A stretch of 64,000 nucleotides of DNA from Planctomycetota bacterium (GCA_965223845.1 CBDCXR010000004.1:7805200-7869199), one strand, 5' to 3'. Positions 20,757 through 30,687 are shown, counted from the stretch's first letter. Numbers and translations: made by a program. The notes: generated by a model not told the origin, from the letters alone.

Positions 20757-21752
20757 ATGGAGATGACCATCGAAGTCGCCTCCCCCGAGGAGGCGATGAT
20801 TCTTTTCGGTCTCGGCGACCGCAATCTCAAGCTGCTCCGTCACGCGCTCAACGTGGAGCTGACGGCACGGGATCGAACGGTCAAGCTTTCCGGCGATTCG
20901 GAGCCCGTGGAGCAGGCGGCGTCGATGCTCAACGACATGATCGAGCTCCATCGCCACGGTACGGCGATGGCGCCCGACTACCTCGAACGGCAGCTCGAAG
21001 CGCTCCAGTCGGGCGGGGACGACACGGCGCTCGCCGAAGGTTCGATGGGACTCTCGACCGACGGTCGATCCGATCGACGGGTCTCGGAGATCTACGCCGG
21101 CTTCGTCGTCTCCTCTGCGCGCTCCGCCGGCCAGGAGGCGTATCTCGCCTCGATCCTCGACAACGACATCGTCTTTTGCATCGGGCCGGCCGGCACGGGA
21201 AAGACGTTTCTCGCGGTACGTGCGGCGGTGCAACTACTGCGGACCGGCGACATTCGGCGCATTATCTTGTGCCGCCCCGCGGTCGAAGCGGGCGAGAAGC
21301 TCGGTTTTCTTCCGGGCGACCAGCAAGCGAAGATCAATCCGTATTTGCGGCCGCTCCACGACGCACTCAACGACATCCTTGATTACGACCAGGTGAAGCG
21401 CTACATGGAGCGGGGGATCATCGAGATCATCCCTCTCGCGTACATGCGCGGGCGTACGCTCAACGACGCGTTTATCATCCTCGATGAGGGACAAAACTCG
21501 ACCGCGGCTCAAATGAAGATGTTCCTCACGCGGATGGGAATGAACTCGAAGATCGTCGTCAACGGAGACGTGACGCAGGTGGACCTTCCGAGCGGTCAGG
21601 TCTCCGGACTCGTCCACTCGCAACGTCTGCTGCGAAAGGTCGAGGGCATCGGTTGGTCGACGATGCAGAAAGTCGACATCGTTCGGCATCCGCTCGTTCG
21701 TCGGATCGTCGACGCCTACGAGGCGGCCGAAGAGTCGCCGCCGAGCCGGTGA
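20757..21752 (+). CDS. phoH: PhoH family ATPase (YbeZ-like)
   Basis: GPAGTGKTFLA, RPAVEAGEKLGFLPGD, AYMRGRTL, DEGQN, DIVRHPLV. Confidence 0.93.
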   Translation: MEMTIEVASPEEAMILFGLGDRNLKLLRHALNVELTARDRTVKLSGDSEPVEQAASMLNDMIELHRHGTAMAPDYLERQLEALQSGGDDTALAEGSMGLSTDGRSDRRVSEIYAGFVVSSARSAGQEAYLASILDNDIVFCIGPAGTGKTFLAVRAAVQLLRTGDIRRIILCRPAVEAGEKLGFLPGDQQAKINPYLRPLHDALNDILDYDQVKRYMERGIIEIIPLAYMRGRTLNDAFIILDEGQNSTAAQMKMFLTRMGMNSKIVVNGDVTQVDLPSGQVSGLVHSQRLLRKVEGIGWSTMQKVDIVRHPLVRRIVDAYEAAEESPPSR

Positions 21753-21860
21753 GTATGCCGCGAGCAGATATGATTGCTTTCTCTTCTGAGCTGGTGCGTC
21801 CCGCCGACGCGGTCGAGTTCGTCTCGATCGCGGATCCGAAACCTACACGGACGGCCCACT

Positions 21861-23594
21861 ATGGGTAGAAAACGCCGATTGGAGCAGTATCTCGCGCGGC
21901 GCCGTCAGAATCAGGACGCCGCGCTCGAGGAAGGTACGCGAATCTCGAATCGGCTCTTTCGTCTCGGGGTGGGCTCCGTCCTCGTCCTGATCATGGTTCT
22001 CCTCGCGAGCTCGCCCTACGAGAGAACACCTACGTTCATGATCGGTGCGGCGATTCTGATCGTCCTCGCGGCCGCCCTCAGCGCCGCTTGCCTCAATCGC
22101 GTACAGCATCAGCTGTTCGAGCGCCCGTCGACGTTCAACCAGTTCGTCGTGCTGTTGCTCCTCCTTCTCGGCGCGCATCGTTTCATCGCGGCGATGGGTT
22201 GGTCACCGTTTCTCACGCCTCTCCCTCTCTTCGCGATGATTTTCGCGATGCTCTTCTCGCAGGGGACGGCGATTCTCCTCGGTCTCGTGCTCGCGACGTT
22301 CCTCGCGGTCTTCGGCCCCTGGGAGCTGAGCGGGGCGGCGCGGTCGCTCCCGCTCCTCTTCGGTCTGGGGCTCGGTTCCACGACGGCGGTGCTCGGAATG
22401 CGGCGCATCCGAAGGCAGACGCGACCCGTCATCGTCGGAGCATACGCTGGACTGACGCAAGCGGCGGTGCTTCTCGCCTTCACTCTCATGGGCGCGTCGG
22501 GCGAGCTCCGCGACGTCGACTTCACCGCCCTTACGGAGGAGCAGGCTCAGGTCCTCTGGCGAGAGCCCGCGTGGGCGTTCGCCGGCGGACTCTTTTCGGG
22601 CGCCATCCTCACCTGTCTTCTTCCCGCGGTCGAGCGGATGCTCGGACTCCTCACCGATCGCCGACTCCTCGACCTAGCCGACCCGAGCAATGATCTTCTC
22701 CGCGTTCTCTCCGAGCAGGCCCCCGGCACTTACCAACACACGCTCGGAGTGTCGACGCTCGCCAGTTCGGCGGCCGGTGCGATCGGGGCGGATTCACTCT
22801 TAGCCCGCGTCGGAGCCTACTACCACGACATCGGGAAGATCAAGACGCCGCACTACTTCGTCGAGAACATGGGCGAAGACAAGTCGATCCACGAGCGCCT
22901 GCGCCCATCGATCTCGAAGATGATCATCATCTCGCACGTCAAGGAGGGCATCCTTCTCGCCAAGGACGAGGGCTTGCCGCAGAAGATCATCGACATGATC
23001 CCGATGCATCACGGGACGACCGTCGTCGAATACTTCTTCCACAAGGCGAAGCGGACGACGGATCCGAATCTCGCCGGCGAGCCCGGCGACGTGGAGTACC
23101 GCTATCCCGGTCCAAAGCCGCGGTTCAAGGAAGCGGGAATCCTGATGCTCGCCGATTCCGTCGAGGCGCGAGCGAAGGTCGAGTCGCATCCCAATCCGAA
23201 TCGATTTCGAGTCATGGTGCACGAGGAGATTCAGAAGCGACTCCTCGACGGACAGCTCGACGAGAGCGATCTGACGCTGAACGACCTCCGCGTCGTCGAG
23301 GACAGCTTCGTCCGTCAGCTCACGACGATGTATCACGGACGGATCAAGTATCCCGGGCCCGAGCGCGAAGCCCGCAGCCCGAAGCGGTCGCGGACGCCCG
23401 ACGAACCCGGAGCGGGCGGGGACAAGCCGGCTCCGGATGCGGAACCGCGCGCGAATGGGGCGGACGAGCCGCCCAAACGTCGTCGGGATCGCAAAGCGAA
23501 GGATGCGAACGACGCGCCGGAGGAGGGTGACGAGGGCGAACGCGGCGCGGCGACCGGCCGTCCGCGCGAAAAGAGTGAGGTCCGCAGCTTGTGA
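21861..23594 (+). CDS. 7TM-HDIG domain phosphohydrolase (PgpH-like)
   Basis: TM helices then APGTYQH, YYHDIGK, FVEN, HHGTT, YRYPGPKP, MLADSVEA; conserved phoH-HDIG-ybeY order. Confidence 0.9.
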   Translation: MGRKRRLEQYLARRRQNQDAALEEGTRISNRLFRLGVGSVLVLIMVLLASSPYERTPTFMIGAAILIVLAAALSAACLNRVQHQLFERPSTFNQFVVLLLLLLGAHRFIAAMGWSPFLTPLPLFAMIFAMLFSQGTAILLGLVLATFLAVFGPWELSGAARSLPLLFGLGLGSTTAVLGMRRIRRQTRPVIVGAYAGLTQAAVLLAFTLMGASGELRDVDFTALTEEQAQVLWREPAWAFAGGLFSGAILTCLLPAVERMLGLLTDRRLLDLADPSNDLLRVLSEQAPGTYQHTLGVSTLASSAAGAIGADSLLARVGAYYHDIGKIKTPHYFVENMGEDKSIHERLRPSISKMIIISHVKEGILLAKDEGLPQKIIDMIPMHHGTTVVEYFFHKAKRTTDPNLAGEPGDVEYRYPGPKPRFKEAGILMLADSVEARAKVESHPNPNRFRVMVHEEIQKRLLDGQLDESDLTLNDLRVVEDSFVRQLTTMYHGRIKYPGPEREARSPKRSRTPDEPGAGGDKPAPDAEPRANGADEPPKRRRDRKAKDANDAPEEGDEGERGAATGRPREKSEVRSL

Positions 23595-24088
23595 TGGCGC
23601 CGGATTCCAATCTTCGGACGAGGCGCCCGACCGGCGGAGCCACGATCCGCGTGCTGCTCACCCGCCGGGAGAGATCCGTCGATGCACCTTGGGTGCCCAT
23701 TCGGCGCGTTCTGAAGCGCGTCCTCGCCGACCACCAGCAGAGCGGAGCGCTCAGCGTGGTGTTCGTCGGCGATCGTGAGATCGCCGAAATTCACGAGGAG
23801 TTTCTCGGGGACGATCGTCCGACCGACGTGATCTCGTTTCCCTATCCCGCGGAGGATCACCCAGAGGGAGAGGAGACAGTGATCGGCGAGGTGGTACTCT
23901 CGGTGGAGACGGCGCGGCGCGAAGCGGCGCGGCGCGGGATTCCGGTGCCGCGCGAAGTCGCTCTCTACGCGATCCACGGCGCGCTTCATATCGTCGGTTT
24001 CGACGATCGTGACGCGGCCGGACGACGGGAGATGCGGCGATTGGAGCGACGGTACTTGGGCGTCTATCGCGAGTGCGGGGGTGAATGA
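23591..24088 (+). CDS. ybeY: rRNA maturation endoribonuclease YbeY
   Basis: PTDVISF, GEVVLS, IHGALHIVGFDD. Confidence 0.9.
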   Translation: MMAPDSNLRTRRPTGGATIRVLLTRRERSVDAPWVPIRRVLKRVLADHQQSGALSVVFVGDREIAEIHEEFLGDDRPTDVISFPYPAEDHPEGEETVIGEVVLSVETARREAARRGIPVPREVALYAIHGALHIVGFDDRDAAGRREMRRLERRYLGVYRECGGE

Positions 24089-24164
24089 TGCGCGGGGGTT
24101 CCACGGTGATCTCGCTGCCTCGACCCGGGTCGACGCGCGGCGCGCTCGCTGACGGTCGGTTTCC

Positions 24165-24938
24165 ATGAGCGAGTCGAACAACATCGCGTTCATCTCCGAT
24201 GTGCACGGCAATCTCGAGGCTCTGACGGCGGTCCTCGAGCATATCGACGCGTCCGCGGGCCCAGCGCCGACGATCTACTGTCTCGGTGACGTGGTCGGTT
24301 ACGGTCCGGATCCGGCGGAGTGCGTTGATCTCGTCCGCGAGCGCTGCTCCGTGACTCTTTTGGGCAATCACGACGAGGCGCTTTTCAAAGGAGCCCTCGG
24401 GTTCAACGGAGTCGCGCGCGCGGCGATCGATTGGACGCGCAAGATGCTGCGGCCGTCGCTCTTTCGCTCGCAGAATCGGGAGCGCTGGCGGTTCCTCGAG
24501 AAGCTTCCCCTCACGCACGAGCTCGGCGACTGGCTCCTCGTGCACGGCTCGCCGCGGGATCCTACTTCGGAATACATCCTCCCGCGCGACGCCCACTGGC
24601 CGGGAGCGGCGAAGTTCGACGAGCTCTTTGCCCTCGTTCCGTCGCTCTGCTTCGTCGGCCACACGCACATCCCCGGGATTTTCACCCGGGAGCCGAGCTT
24701 CACTTCCGCGCGAGACATCGAGGGCGAGTTTCGGTTCGCGGACGAGGAGTGGATCATCAACGTGGGTTCGGTGGGGCAGCCGCGCGACGGGGATCCGCGC
24801 GCGTGCTACCTGAGCTACCGCGACGGCGCGTTTCAGTTTCATCGCGTCGAGTACGACATCGAAGCGACGCGGGCGAAGATCCGGGAGCTGCCGCTCCTCG
24901 ATGACCGTCTGGGCGATCGGCTGCTCGAGGGTACCTAG
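24165..24938 (+). CDS. Metallophosphoesterase (calcineurin-like, YfcE/PP1-like)
   Basis: SDVHGNLEAL, LGDVVGYG, GNHD, VHGSP, GHTH, NVGSVGQPRD. Confidence 0.9.
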   Translation: MSESNNIAFISDVHGNLEALTAVLEHIDASAGPAPTIYCLGDVVGYGPDPAECVDLVRERCSVTLLGNHDEALFKGALGFNGVARAAIDWTRKMLRPSLFRSQNRERWRFLEKLPLTHELGDWLLVHGSPRDPTSEYILPRDAHWPGAAKFDELFALVPSLCFVGHTHIPGIFTREPSFTSARDIEGEFRFADEEWIINVGSVGQPRDGDPRACYLSYRDGAFQFHRVEYDIEATRAKIRELPLLDDRLGDRLLEGT

Positions 24939-25163
24939 TTCTCTGTCCGAGGGTTCTGCGTCCTTGGGCTCGGCTCGGACGAGGTCACCCGGCGCCATGG
25001 TTCGTGGGCGGCCGGACCCTCTCGCGCTGACGAAACGGCGTATCGATCGCTCGGGCGCGCCTCGGCTTCGACGCGGAATCAGCCCGCCGGAGCGTCGTTG
25101 CAACTCTCACCGGTGCACCTCCTTACGTCGATGGTCGGCGCGAGGTGGGCGGTTCCATTTTGC

Positions 25164-25192
25164 TTGTCGATCGACAGGCGAATCTGTACAGT
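25164..25192 (+). promoter_or_regulatory. Putative sigma70 promoter for the EF-G paralogue
   Basis: TTGTCG-N17-TACAGT in the intergenic region, about 210 nt upstream of ATG 25403. Confidence 0.45.
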
Positions 25193-25402
25193 CTACGCAT
25201 CCGTCGAAGCGATTCCCGACCGCGCCTTCGGATGCCGGTCACGGCGGCCGCGACGAGCGCCCGAGACCTCGACGCTCCCCGCCCCGGACGGACGTGCGTG
25301 CGATACGTGCACTCGCGCGCAGCGTCCCGCTGCGATGAGGTTCGACGGATGGAGCCCCGCCCGGTCGGGTGGGGCCGCTCCCCGTTTGGAGGACAACCGA
25401 GC

Positions 25403-27427
25403 ATGGCAGCGAGAACACCGCAGACGACGCGGAACGTCGCGTTCTGTGGACATGGAACGTGTGGAAAAACGACGCTGATCGAGGGTCTCCTCGCGAAGGC
25501 GAAGGCGATCTCTCGACCGGGCTCGGTCGCTGACAAATCGACGGTGTGCGACTTCGACGACCTCGAGAAGGAGAAGGGCTACAGCATCGATCTCGCGACG
25601 GCGCACCTCGATCACGGCGGGGCGACGGTCAATATCATCGATACTCCGGGATACCGCGACTACGTCGGTCAAGTGTACTCCGCCGTGCGCGCGATCGAGT
25701 GCATGATCGTCGTCGTCGACTCCGACGACGGCGTCCGGCCGAACACGCGCAAGGTGTGGGAGATCGCCGATCAGGCGGGAGTTCCGCGCATCGTCGTGAT
25801 CAATCGCTGCGATCGCGAGCATGCGAAGGACGACGAAGTCGTCGCGGAGCTCCGTGAGCAACTGAGCCCGGCTTGCCATCCGATTCAGAAGCCCGACGCG
25901 ATCGGCCCCTCGTTCTCGTCCGTATCGAGCCTCGTCGGTGGGGAAGGCGGCGAAGATCTTCAGGACGCGATCGCCGAAGCGGACGACGATCTGATGGAGC
26001 GCTACCTCGGCGGCGAGGACGTGAGCGCCGAGGAGTGGCAGAGCGGACTCGTCGCCGCCGTGAAGAGCTGCAGCGTGTTTCCCGTGCTCTACGCGGCCGG
26101 CGAGAAAGACATCGGAACTGCGGAGCTTCTCGATGCGATCGTCGAGCTCGTCCCGAATGCGAGTGAGAGCCTCGGGAGAACGTGCTCGAAGCCAGCGGAT
26201 GGTGACGCCGAGCCGGAGCAGGTCCCCGTCGCTACCGACGTCGATTCGCCGCTCTGTGGATTCGTCTTTCGCGTGGCGAGTGATCCCTACGTCGGGAAGC
26301 TGTCCTACGTGCGCATTTTTTCCGGTTCCCTCGCTGCGAACGGAACGTTCTACAATCCGAATTCGCGCAAGATGGAGAAGGCGGGCAAGTTCGTTCGGCT
26401 CCAGGGTAAGGAGCAGGAGGCCGTCGAGTCTGCGGTCGCGGGCGACGTGATCGCGCTCGTCAAGGTCGAAGGCTTGAAGGCGTTCGATACGATCACCGCG
26501 GGCGAGCCACTCGCGCTCGCAGCGCCGAAGCTGCCGATGCCGATGTACCGCCGCGCGGTGGGACCAAAGTCGAAGGCCGACGAAAAGAAGTTTGCCGAAG
26601 CGATCGCCAAGTGCATCGACGAAGATGTCATGTTCGCCGGCGACCGTGACAAGCGGACGCACGAGCTGGTCGTTTCAGGCGTGAGTCAGCTCCACCTCTC
26701 GGTGCTCTGGGATCGACTCAAGGGGCGCTACGGCGTCGAGGTCACCACGACGGAGCCGAAGACTCCGTACCTCGAGACGATCACTGTGAATGCCTCCGGG
26801 AGCTATCGTCACAAGAAGCAATCGGGCGGCGCCGGTGAGTTCGCCGAAGTGCACCTTCGACTCGAGCCGCTCGAGCGCGGCTCCGGGCACGAGTTCGTCA
26901 ACTCCGTGTTCGGCGGTGCGATCGCCGCGACCTACGTTCAGTCGGCCGAAAAGGGCATCCGGGCCGCGCTCGAGTCCGGAGTGATCGCGGGTTACCCGGT
27001 CGTCGACGTCAAGGTCGACATCTACGACGGCAAGGAGCACCCCGTCGACTCGAAGGACATCGCGTTCCAGAAGGCGGGTCGCGAGGCGTTCAAGGTCGCG
27101 TTCCAGGAGTGTAAGCCCGTGCTTCTCGAGCCGATCGTGAACCTCGAGGTGACCTTTCCGGTCGAGAACATGGGTGACATCCAGGGCGATCTCAACCGCC
27201 GCCGCGGCCGCGTCGTCGGGATGGACGCGGTCGGAAGCTTCCAGACGCTCAAGGCGCAGGCGCCCCTCGCTGAGATCTCCGACTACGCGACGACGCTCGG
27301 CTCGATGACGGCGGGACAGGGAACGTTCGACATCGAGCTGTCCCACTACGAGGTCGTCCCGTCGAACCTGCAGCAGAAGATCTGCGAGCAGGCGAAGGCG
27401 GAACTCGAGAAGGACCAGGTCGCGTAA
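25403..27427 (+). CDS. Elongation factor G paralogue (EF-G2-like, outside the str operon)
   Basis: GHGTCGKTT, DTPGY, KKQSGGAGEF, GYPVVDV, HPVDS, LLEPI; deviant G2 (KGYSI) and G4 (NRCD); SD GGAGG. Confidence 0.92.
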   Translation: MAARTPQTTRNVAFCGHGTCGKTTLIEGLLAKAKAISRPGSVADKSTVCDFDDLEKEKGYSIDLATAHLDHGGATVNIIDTPGYRDYVGQVYSAVRAIECMIVVVDSDDGVRPNTRKVWEIADQAGVPRIVVINRCDREHAKDDEVVAELREQLSPACHPIQKPDAIGPSFSSVSSLVGGEGGEDLQDAIAEADDDLMERYLGGEDVSAEEWQSGLVAAVKSCSVFPVLYAAGEKDIGTAELLDAIVELVPNASESLGRTCSKPADGDAEPEQVPVATDVDSPLCGFVFRVASDPYVGKLSYVRIFSGSLAANGTFYNPNSRKMEKAGKFVRLQGKEQEAVESAVAGDVIALVKVEGLKAFDTITAGEPLALAAPKLPMPMYRRAVGPKSKADEKKFAEAIAKCIDEDVMFAGDRDKRTHELVVSGVSQLHLSVLWDRLKGRYGVEVTTTEPKTPYLETITVNASGSYRHKKQSGGAGEFAEVHLRLEPLERGSGHEFVNSVFGGAIAATYVQSAEKGIRAALESGVIAGYPVVDVKVDIYDGKEHPVDSKDIAFQKAGREAFKVAFQECKPVLLEPIVNLEVTFPVENMGDIQGDLNRRRGRVVGMDAVGSFQTLKAQAPLAEISDYATTLGSMTAGQGTFDIELSHYEVVPSNLQQKICEQAKAELEKDQVA

Positions 27428-27436
27428 GGCGGGCGG

Positions 27437-28366
27437 GTGCGGCGTCGAGTGCTTCGGGCGAGCGGGCTCTTCGCAGGGGGCTTACTCGCGATCGTTGTTG
27501 CATCGCCGCGTTCTGCCATCGCCCAGGAGGGCGGCATCGAGGTGTTCGCGGCGGAAACGCTCTTTAGCGAAGGCTGGAGGGTTTCCGCGAGCTGGATCAC
27601 CAAGCGACGCGACCGCTTGTTTCACGGCGACAGCAGGACGAGCGATCCTCAGCATCGCTCTCTCGAAGAGCATCGCGCCGTGCTCGGAGTCGACTACGGT
27701 CTCCTCCCCGAGCTCACTCTTTCGCTTCTCGTTCCGAGCGTCTACCGGGAAGCCCGGGTCGGTTCGCGACGCCTCGAATCGTTCGGCCTCGGCGACGTCG
27801 CTGCGCTCGGAAAGTTCCGTCTCTTCAAGGTCGATGGACGGCGCCGGTCGTTCAATCTTTCGCTCGTCGGCGGACTCGAGCTCCCGACCGGGGAGACGCG
27901 CGAGCGAGACGATGGCGGGCGACTCGATCCCACGCTACAGCCGGGCTCGGGCTCGTGGGATCCATTCGCAGCGCTCACCGCGACCGGCGACCTCGATCTT
28001 TGGCGATTCGACGCGCACGCGTTTTACAAGCTGAATACCGAGGGCGCGCAGGACTTTCGCGAGGGCGACTTTTTTTCCTTCGAGGTCGACGCCGCGTATC
28101 GCTTTTTCTACACGGAGTATCCCGGCCCGACGGCGAGCGCGCGCGTCGGACTTCAGTGGCGGCAGACGGGACGTTCGAAACAGGACGGGAGAACGCGTGA
28201 AGACTCGGGGTCGCACCAGCTATTCCTCCGGCCGGGGCTTTCGTACCATCCGATTCCGGCGCTCGACGTCTCCGTTTCGGTGGACATTCCGCTCTATCAA
28301 TATTTCCACGGGCGTCAGCTCGCGCTAGACTACCGGTGGTTCGCGGCGATCGGGCTTCGCTTCTGA
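27437..28366 (+). CDS. Outer-membrane beta-barrel 'transporter' (Phenol_MetA_deg/SphA-like)
   Basis: Signal peptide (AIA-QE), GLGDVAALGKFRL, GLELPTG, QPGSGSWD, amphipathic strands, C-terminal Phe (IGLRF). Confidence 0.75.
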   Translation: MRRRVLRASGLFAGGLLAIVVASPRSAIAQEGGIEVFAAETLFSEGWRVSASWITKRRDRLFHGDSRTSDPQHRSLEEHRAVLGVDYGLLPELTLSLLVPSVYREARVGSRRLESFGLGDVAALGKFRLFKVDGRRRSFNLSLVGGLELPTGETRERDDGGRLDPTLQPGSGSWDPFAALTATGDLDLWRFDAHAFYKLNTEGAQDFREGDFFSFEVDAAYRFFYTEYPGPTASARVGLQWRQTGRSKQDGRTREDSGSHQLFLRPGLSYHPIPALDVSVSVDIPLYQYFHGRQLALDYRWFAAIGLRF

Positions 28367-28425
28367 TCGGAGCGACGACGGCGCCCCCTGACCGCGGAAA
28401 CTCACTTGTGGATCGAACTCCCCGA

Positions 28426-29001
28426 ATGAAGAACACTCATCGCGCGCTCCTCGCAACTTCGGCGCTCCTCTTCGCCGTGAGCTGCGAGTTGCCCGGACCG
28501 GCGCCGGGCGGCAAGTCGTTCGCGACGCTCACGCTCCTCGTCGACAGCTGAATCTGAAACGACAAGGCCTTCGGTCTCGAGAAGGCCCTCCGGCGCCGGG
28601 TCGGCGCCGATCGCATCGAGCTCGACGCGCGCGACGGAATCGCCCGGGCCCACATCGATCGTCCGCGCAAGATCGATCTCGCCGCCGCGGAGCGAGCGGC
28701 CTACGGAGCGGGATATACGCTGAAGCGGCTCGACATCGAGGCGGATGGGCGCGTCGAGACCGTCCGCTGCGCGGAGTGCGTCCGCGACGTGTCGGTGTTC
28801 AAGCTTTCGACGGGGCAAACGTTCGAGCTGGGCGACGCGCCGAACGGAGCAACGAGCGCGAGCGGCGAACAGCGACTGCGGATCCGGATCGAGGCGGGGA
28901 AGACGTTCCCGCCGGCGCATCCGGTGTTCTCGCCGGTGGCGGCGCCGAGCACTCCGAAAGTCACTGAGTCGTCGCCGTCGGAAGCCCGCGACGAAAGCTG
29001 A
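28426..29001 (+). CDS. Putative selenoprotein: HMA-like lipoprotein with U-x-U motif (in-frame TGA 28549-28551 and 28555-28557), 191 aa
   Basis: Lipoprotein signal (MKNTHRALLATSALLFAVSC) runs in frame through TGA-ATC-TGA into NDKAFGLEKALRRRVGADRIELD...AGYTL (HMA-like), a CAEC motif and ORF 28789..29001; SECIS-like hairpin follows. Confidence 0.72.
28566..28587 (+). promoter_or_regulatory. Candidate bacterial SECIS element
   Basis: Stem GGCCTTC/GAAGGCC with G-initiated loop GGTCTCGA; 21 and 15 nt separate the two UGAs from the loop. Confidence 0.6.
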
Positions 29002-29031
29002 AGCTACTTGCGGTCTTCTCGGAACTCCGGT

Positions 29032-30687
29032 TTATCGTTCGCGCGCGTGTCGAATTCGCGCAGCGATGCACGCGGCTACGAGGCCGACGACCGTTGCGGC
29101 TCCGAAGAAACCTGAGTAGCAACCGGCGATGGTCGCGCTCCGGGTCGCGTCGGTGGCCCAAGGATCGAGCGCTTGGTTGAGCGCGAGGAACGGAAACGCC
29201 GCCACCAGCTGCGCGGGGCTAGAGGGGGGGAGACCGACCGTCGAATCGACGAGCAGTGGGAGGACGATGTTCCACGCTGCCAGGACACCGAACGCCAAAA
29301 CGAGCGCGTTCACGCTGCGTCGACAGACGACTGAAATGAGTACACCGGTGGCACCGCAAAGAACGTAGGTGACGGCAGTGATGACGATCGCAGCGGGAAC
29401 TGCCGCGCGGGGCGCCTCATCGTCGAGGAGGGCGAACGGGAGAATTACGACGAGCGGTCCGACGAGACACGCTCCGGAGTAGAGGCTCGAGTAGAACTTC
29501 CCGATGACGATGCGAGGCATCGTGATGAGCGAGCTCCGGAGAAAGTCGATGTTTCCCTGCTCGATCTCTCGCGTGAAGCTCGTCGACGCCACTGCCGTGA
29601 CAAAGAGGAGAGTGAAGAAGAGGTTGAGGTTGAAGAGGGGGTAGAGACAAGACACGCCCCCATCTGCAGCCACCAGGGCGATGAGGAGGTAGAGCATGAA
29701 GATAGACCCGAACGCGATCACGCGGTACTGAACGCGTGAGAAGAACTCGCTGCGAAGCTCCTTCTGAAAGATGGGATTCTCGAACCCGGGAAGCGATTTT
29801 CCCAGCCGCATCAAGACACGCGTGAGCCAGGTTCGGGCGAGCTTGCGAGGTTGCTCGATGAGACCCTGAGTAACCGTCATCGGCGCGTCGCTTGTCTCAG
29901 CGTCGTAGGGGCGTCGAGTTCGTCGCAGGAGGTACCCGAGATGGGGGACCGCCACGATGGTGCTCGCGATTGAGTAGATCACGAACGCGGTCCGCAGCGA
30001 ACCGAACGGTTGGAAGGGGCCCTGGTACCCTGCGATCACGATCGGGCCGTACGGGGTGAGGGACATGATCAGCGTCCCGTCGGCCGCTCGGCCGATCGAC
30101 GCCATGAGGGCGAGAACGAGCGATAGTCCGCCGTTCCAAAAGAGAAGCCATGCGATCGAGCGGATCACCGCTCCGGCCGTCGTCTTCGCGCGAAGGGAAA
30201 CAGTGAGGCAGACGAGCGTCGAAACAGTGACGGCGATGAACGTCGTTGCGTAGGTGATGATGACCACCTGCGTGTCGAGGCCGCCGAGCAGGTAGAGGAG
30301 ACAGATGACGGGGGCGCACGCGACGATGAGAATGACCGTGTAGCCGATCGACGAGAGGAACTTGGAGAAGACGATGGAGGAGGGGCGGAGCAGCGTCGAG
30401 TAGACGAGGTCGAAGGTGTTGTTCTCGCGTTCACTCGTAAACGCGAGCGCGGAAAACGCCGGGACGATCACGAGCGCCGCCGTGAGCTGAGCAACGGCGC
30501 AGAACAGGAAGAGCTCGGCGTTTCTCACCGAATCAGCATGTGCGTTTCCGTGGAAGGTCGGCCAATTCATGAGCGGGACCGCCGCGGCACCGGCCACTCC
30601 GGCCAGGAGAAGCCAGATCGCGCGGCGCGTACGGAGATGGCCGATGAGCTCGCGGCGGAGGAGGGGAAACTCGAACAAGAGGTTCAC
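29032..30687 (-). CDS. ABC transporter permease (two ABC-2-like repeats)
   Basis: FPLLRREL / NPIFQKELR repeats; ERENNTFDLV..T.L / EIEQGNIDFL; IVFSKF / IVIGKF; multi-TM. Confidence 0.85.
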   Translation of the reverse strand: MNLLFEFPLLRRELIGHLRTRRAIWLLLAGVAGAAAVPLMNWPTFHGNAHADSVRNAELFLFCAVAQLTAALVIVPAFSALAFTSERENNTFDLVYSTLLRPSSIVFSKFLSSIGYTVILIVACAPVICLLYLLGGLDTQVVIITYATTFIAVTVSTLVCLTVSLRAKTTAGAVIRSIAWLLFWNGGLSLVLALMASIGRAADGTLIMSLTPYGPIVIAGYQGPFQPFGSLRTAFVIYSIASTIVAVPHLGYLLRRTRRPYDAETSDAPMTVTQGLIEQPRKLARTWLTRVLMRLGKSLPGFENPIFQKELRSEFFSRVQYRVIAFGSIFMLYLLIALVAADGGVSCLYPLFNLNLFFTLLFVTAVASTSFTREIEQGNIDFLRSSLITMPRIVIGKFYSSLYSGACLVGPLVVILPFALLDDEAPRAAVPAAIVITAVTYVLCGATGVLISVVCRRSVNALVLAFGVLAAWNIVLPLLVDSTVGLPPSSPAQLVAAFPFLALNQALDPWATDATRSATIAGCYSGFFGAATVVGLVAACIAARIRHARER

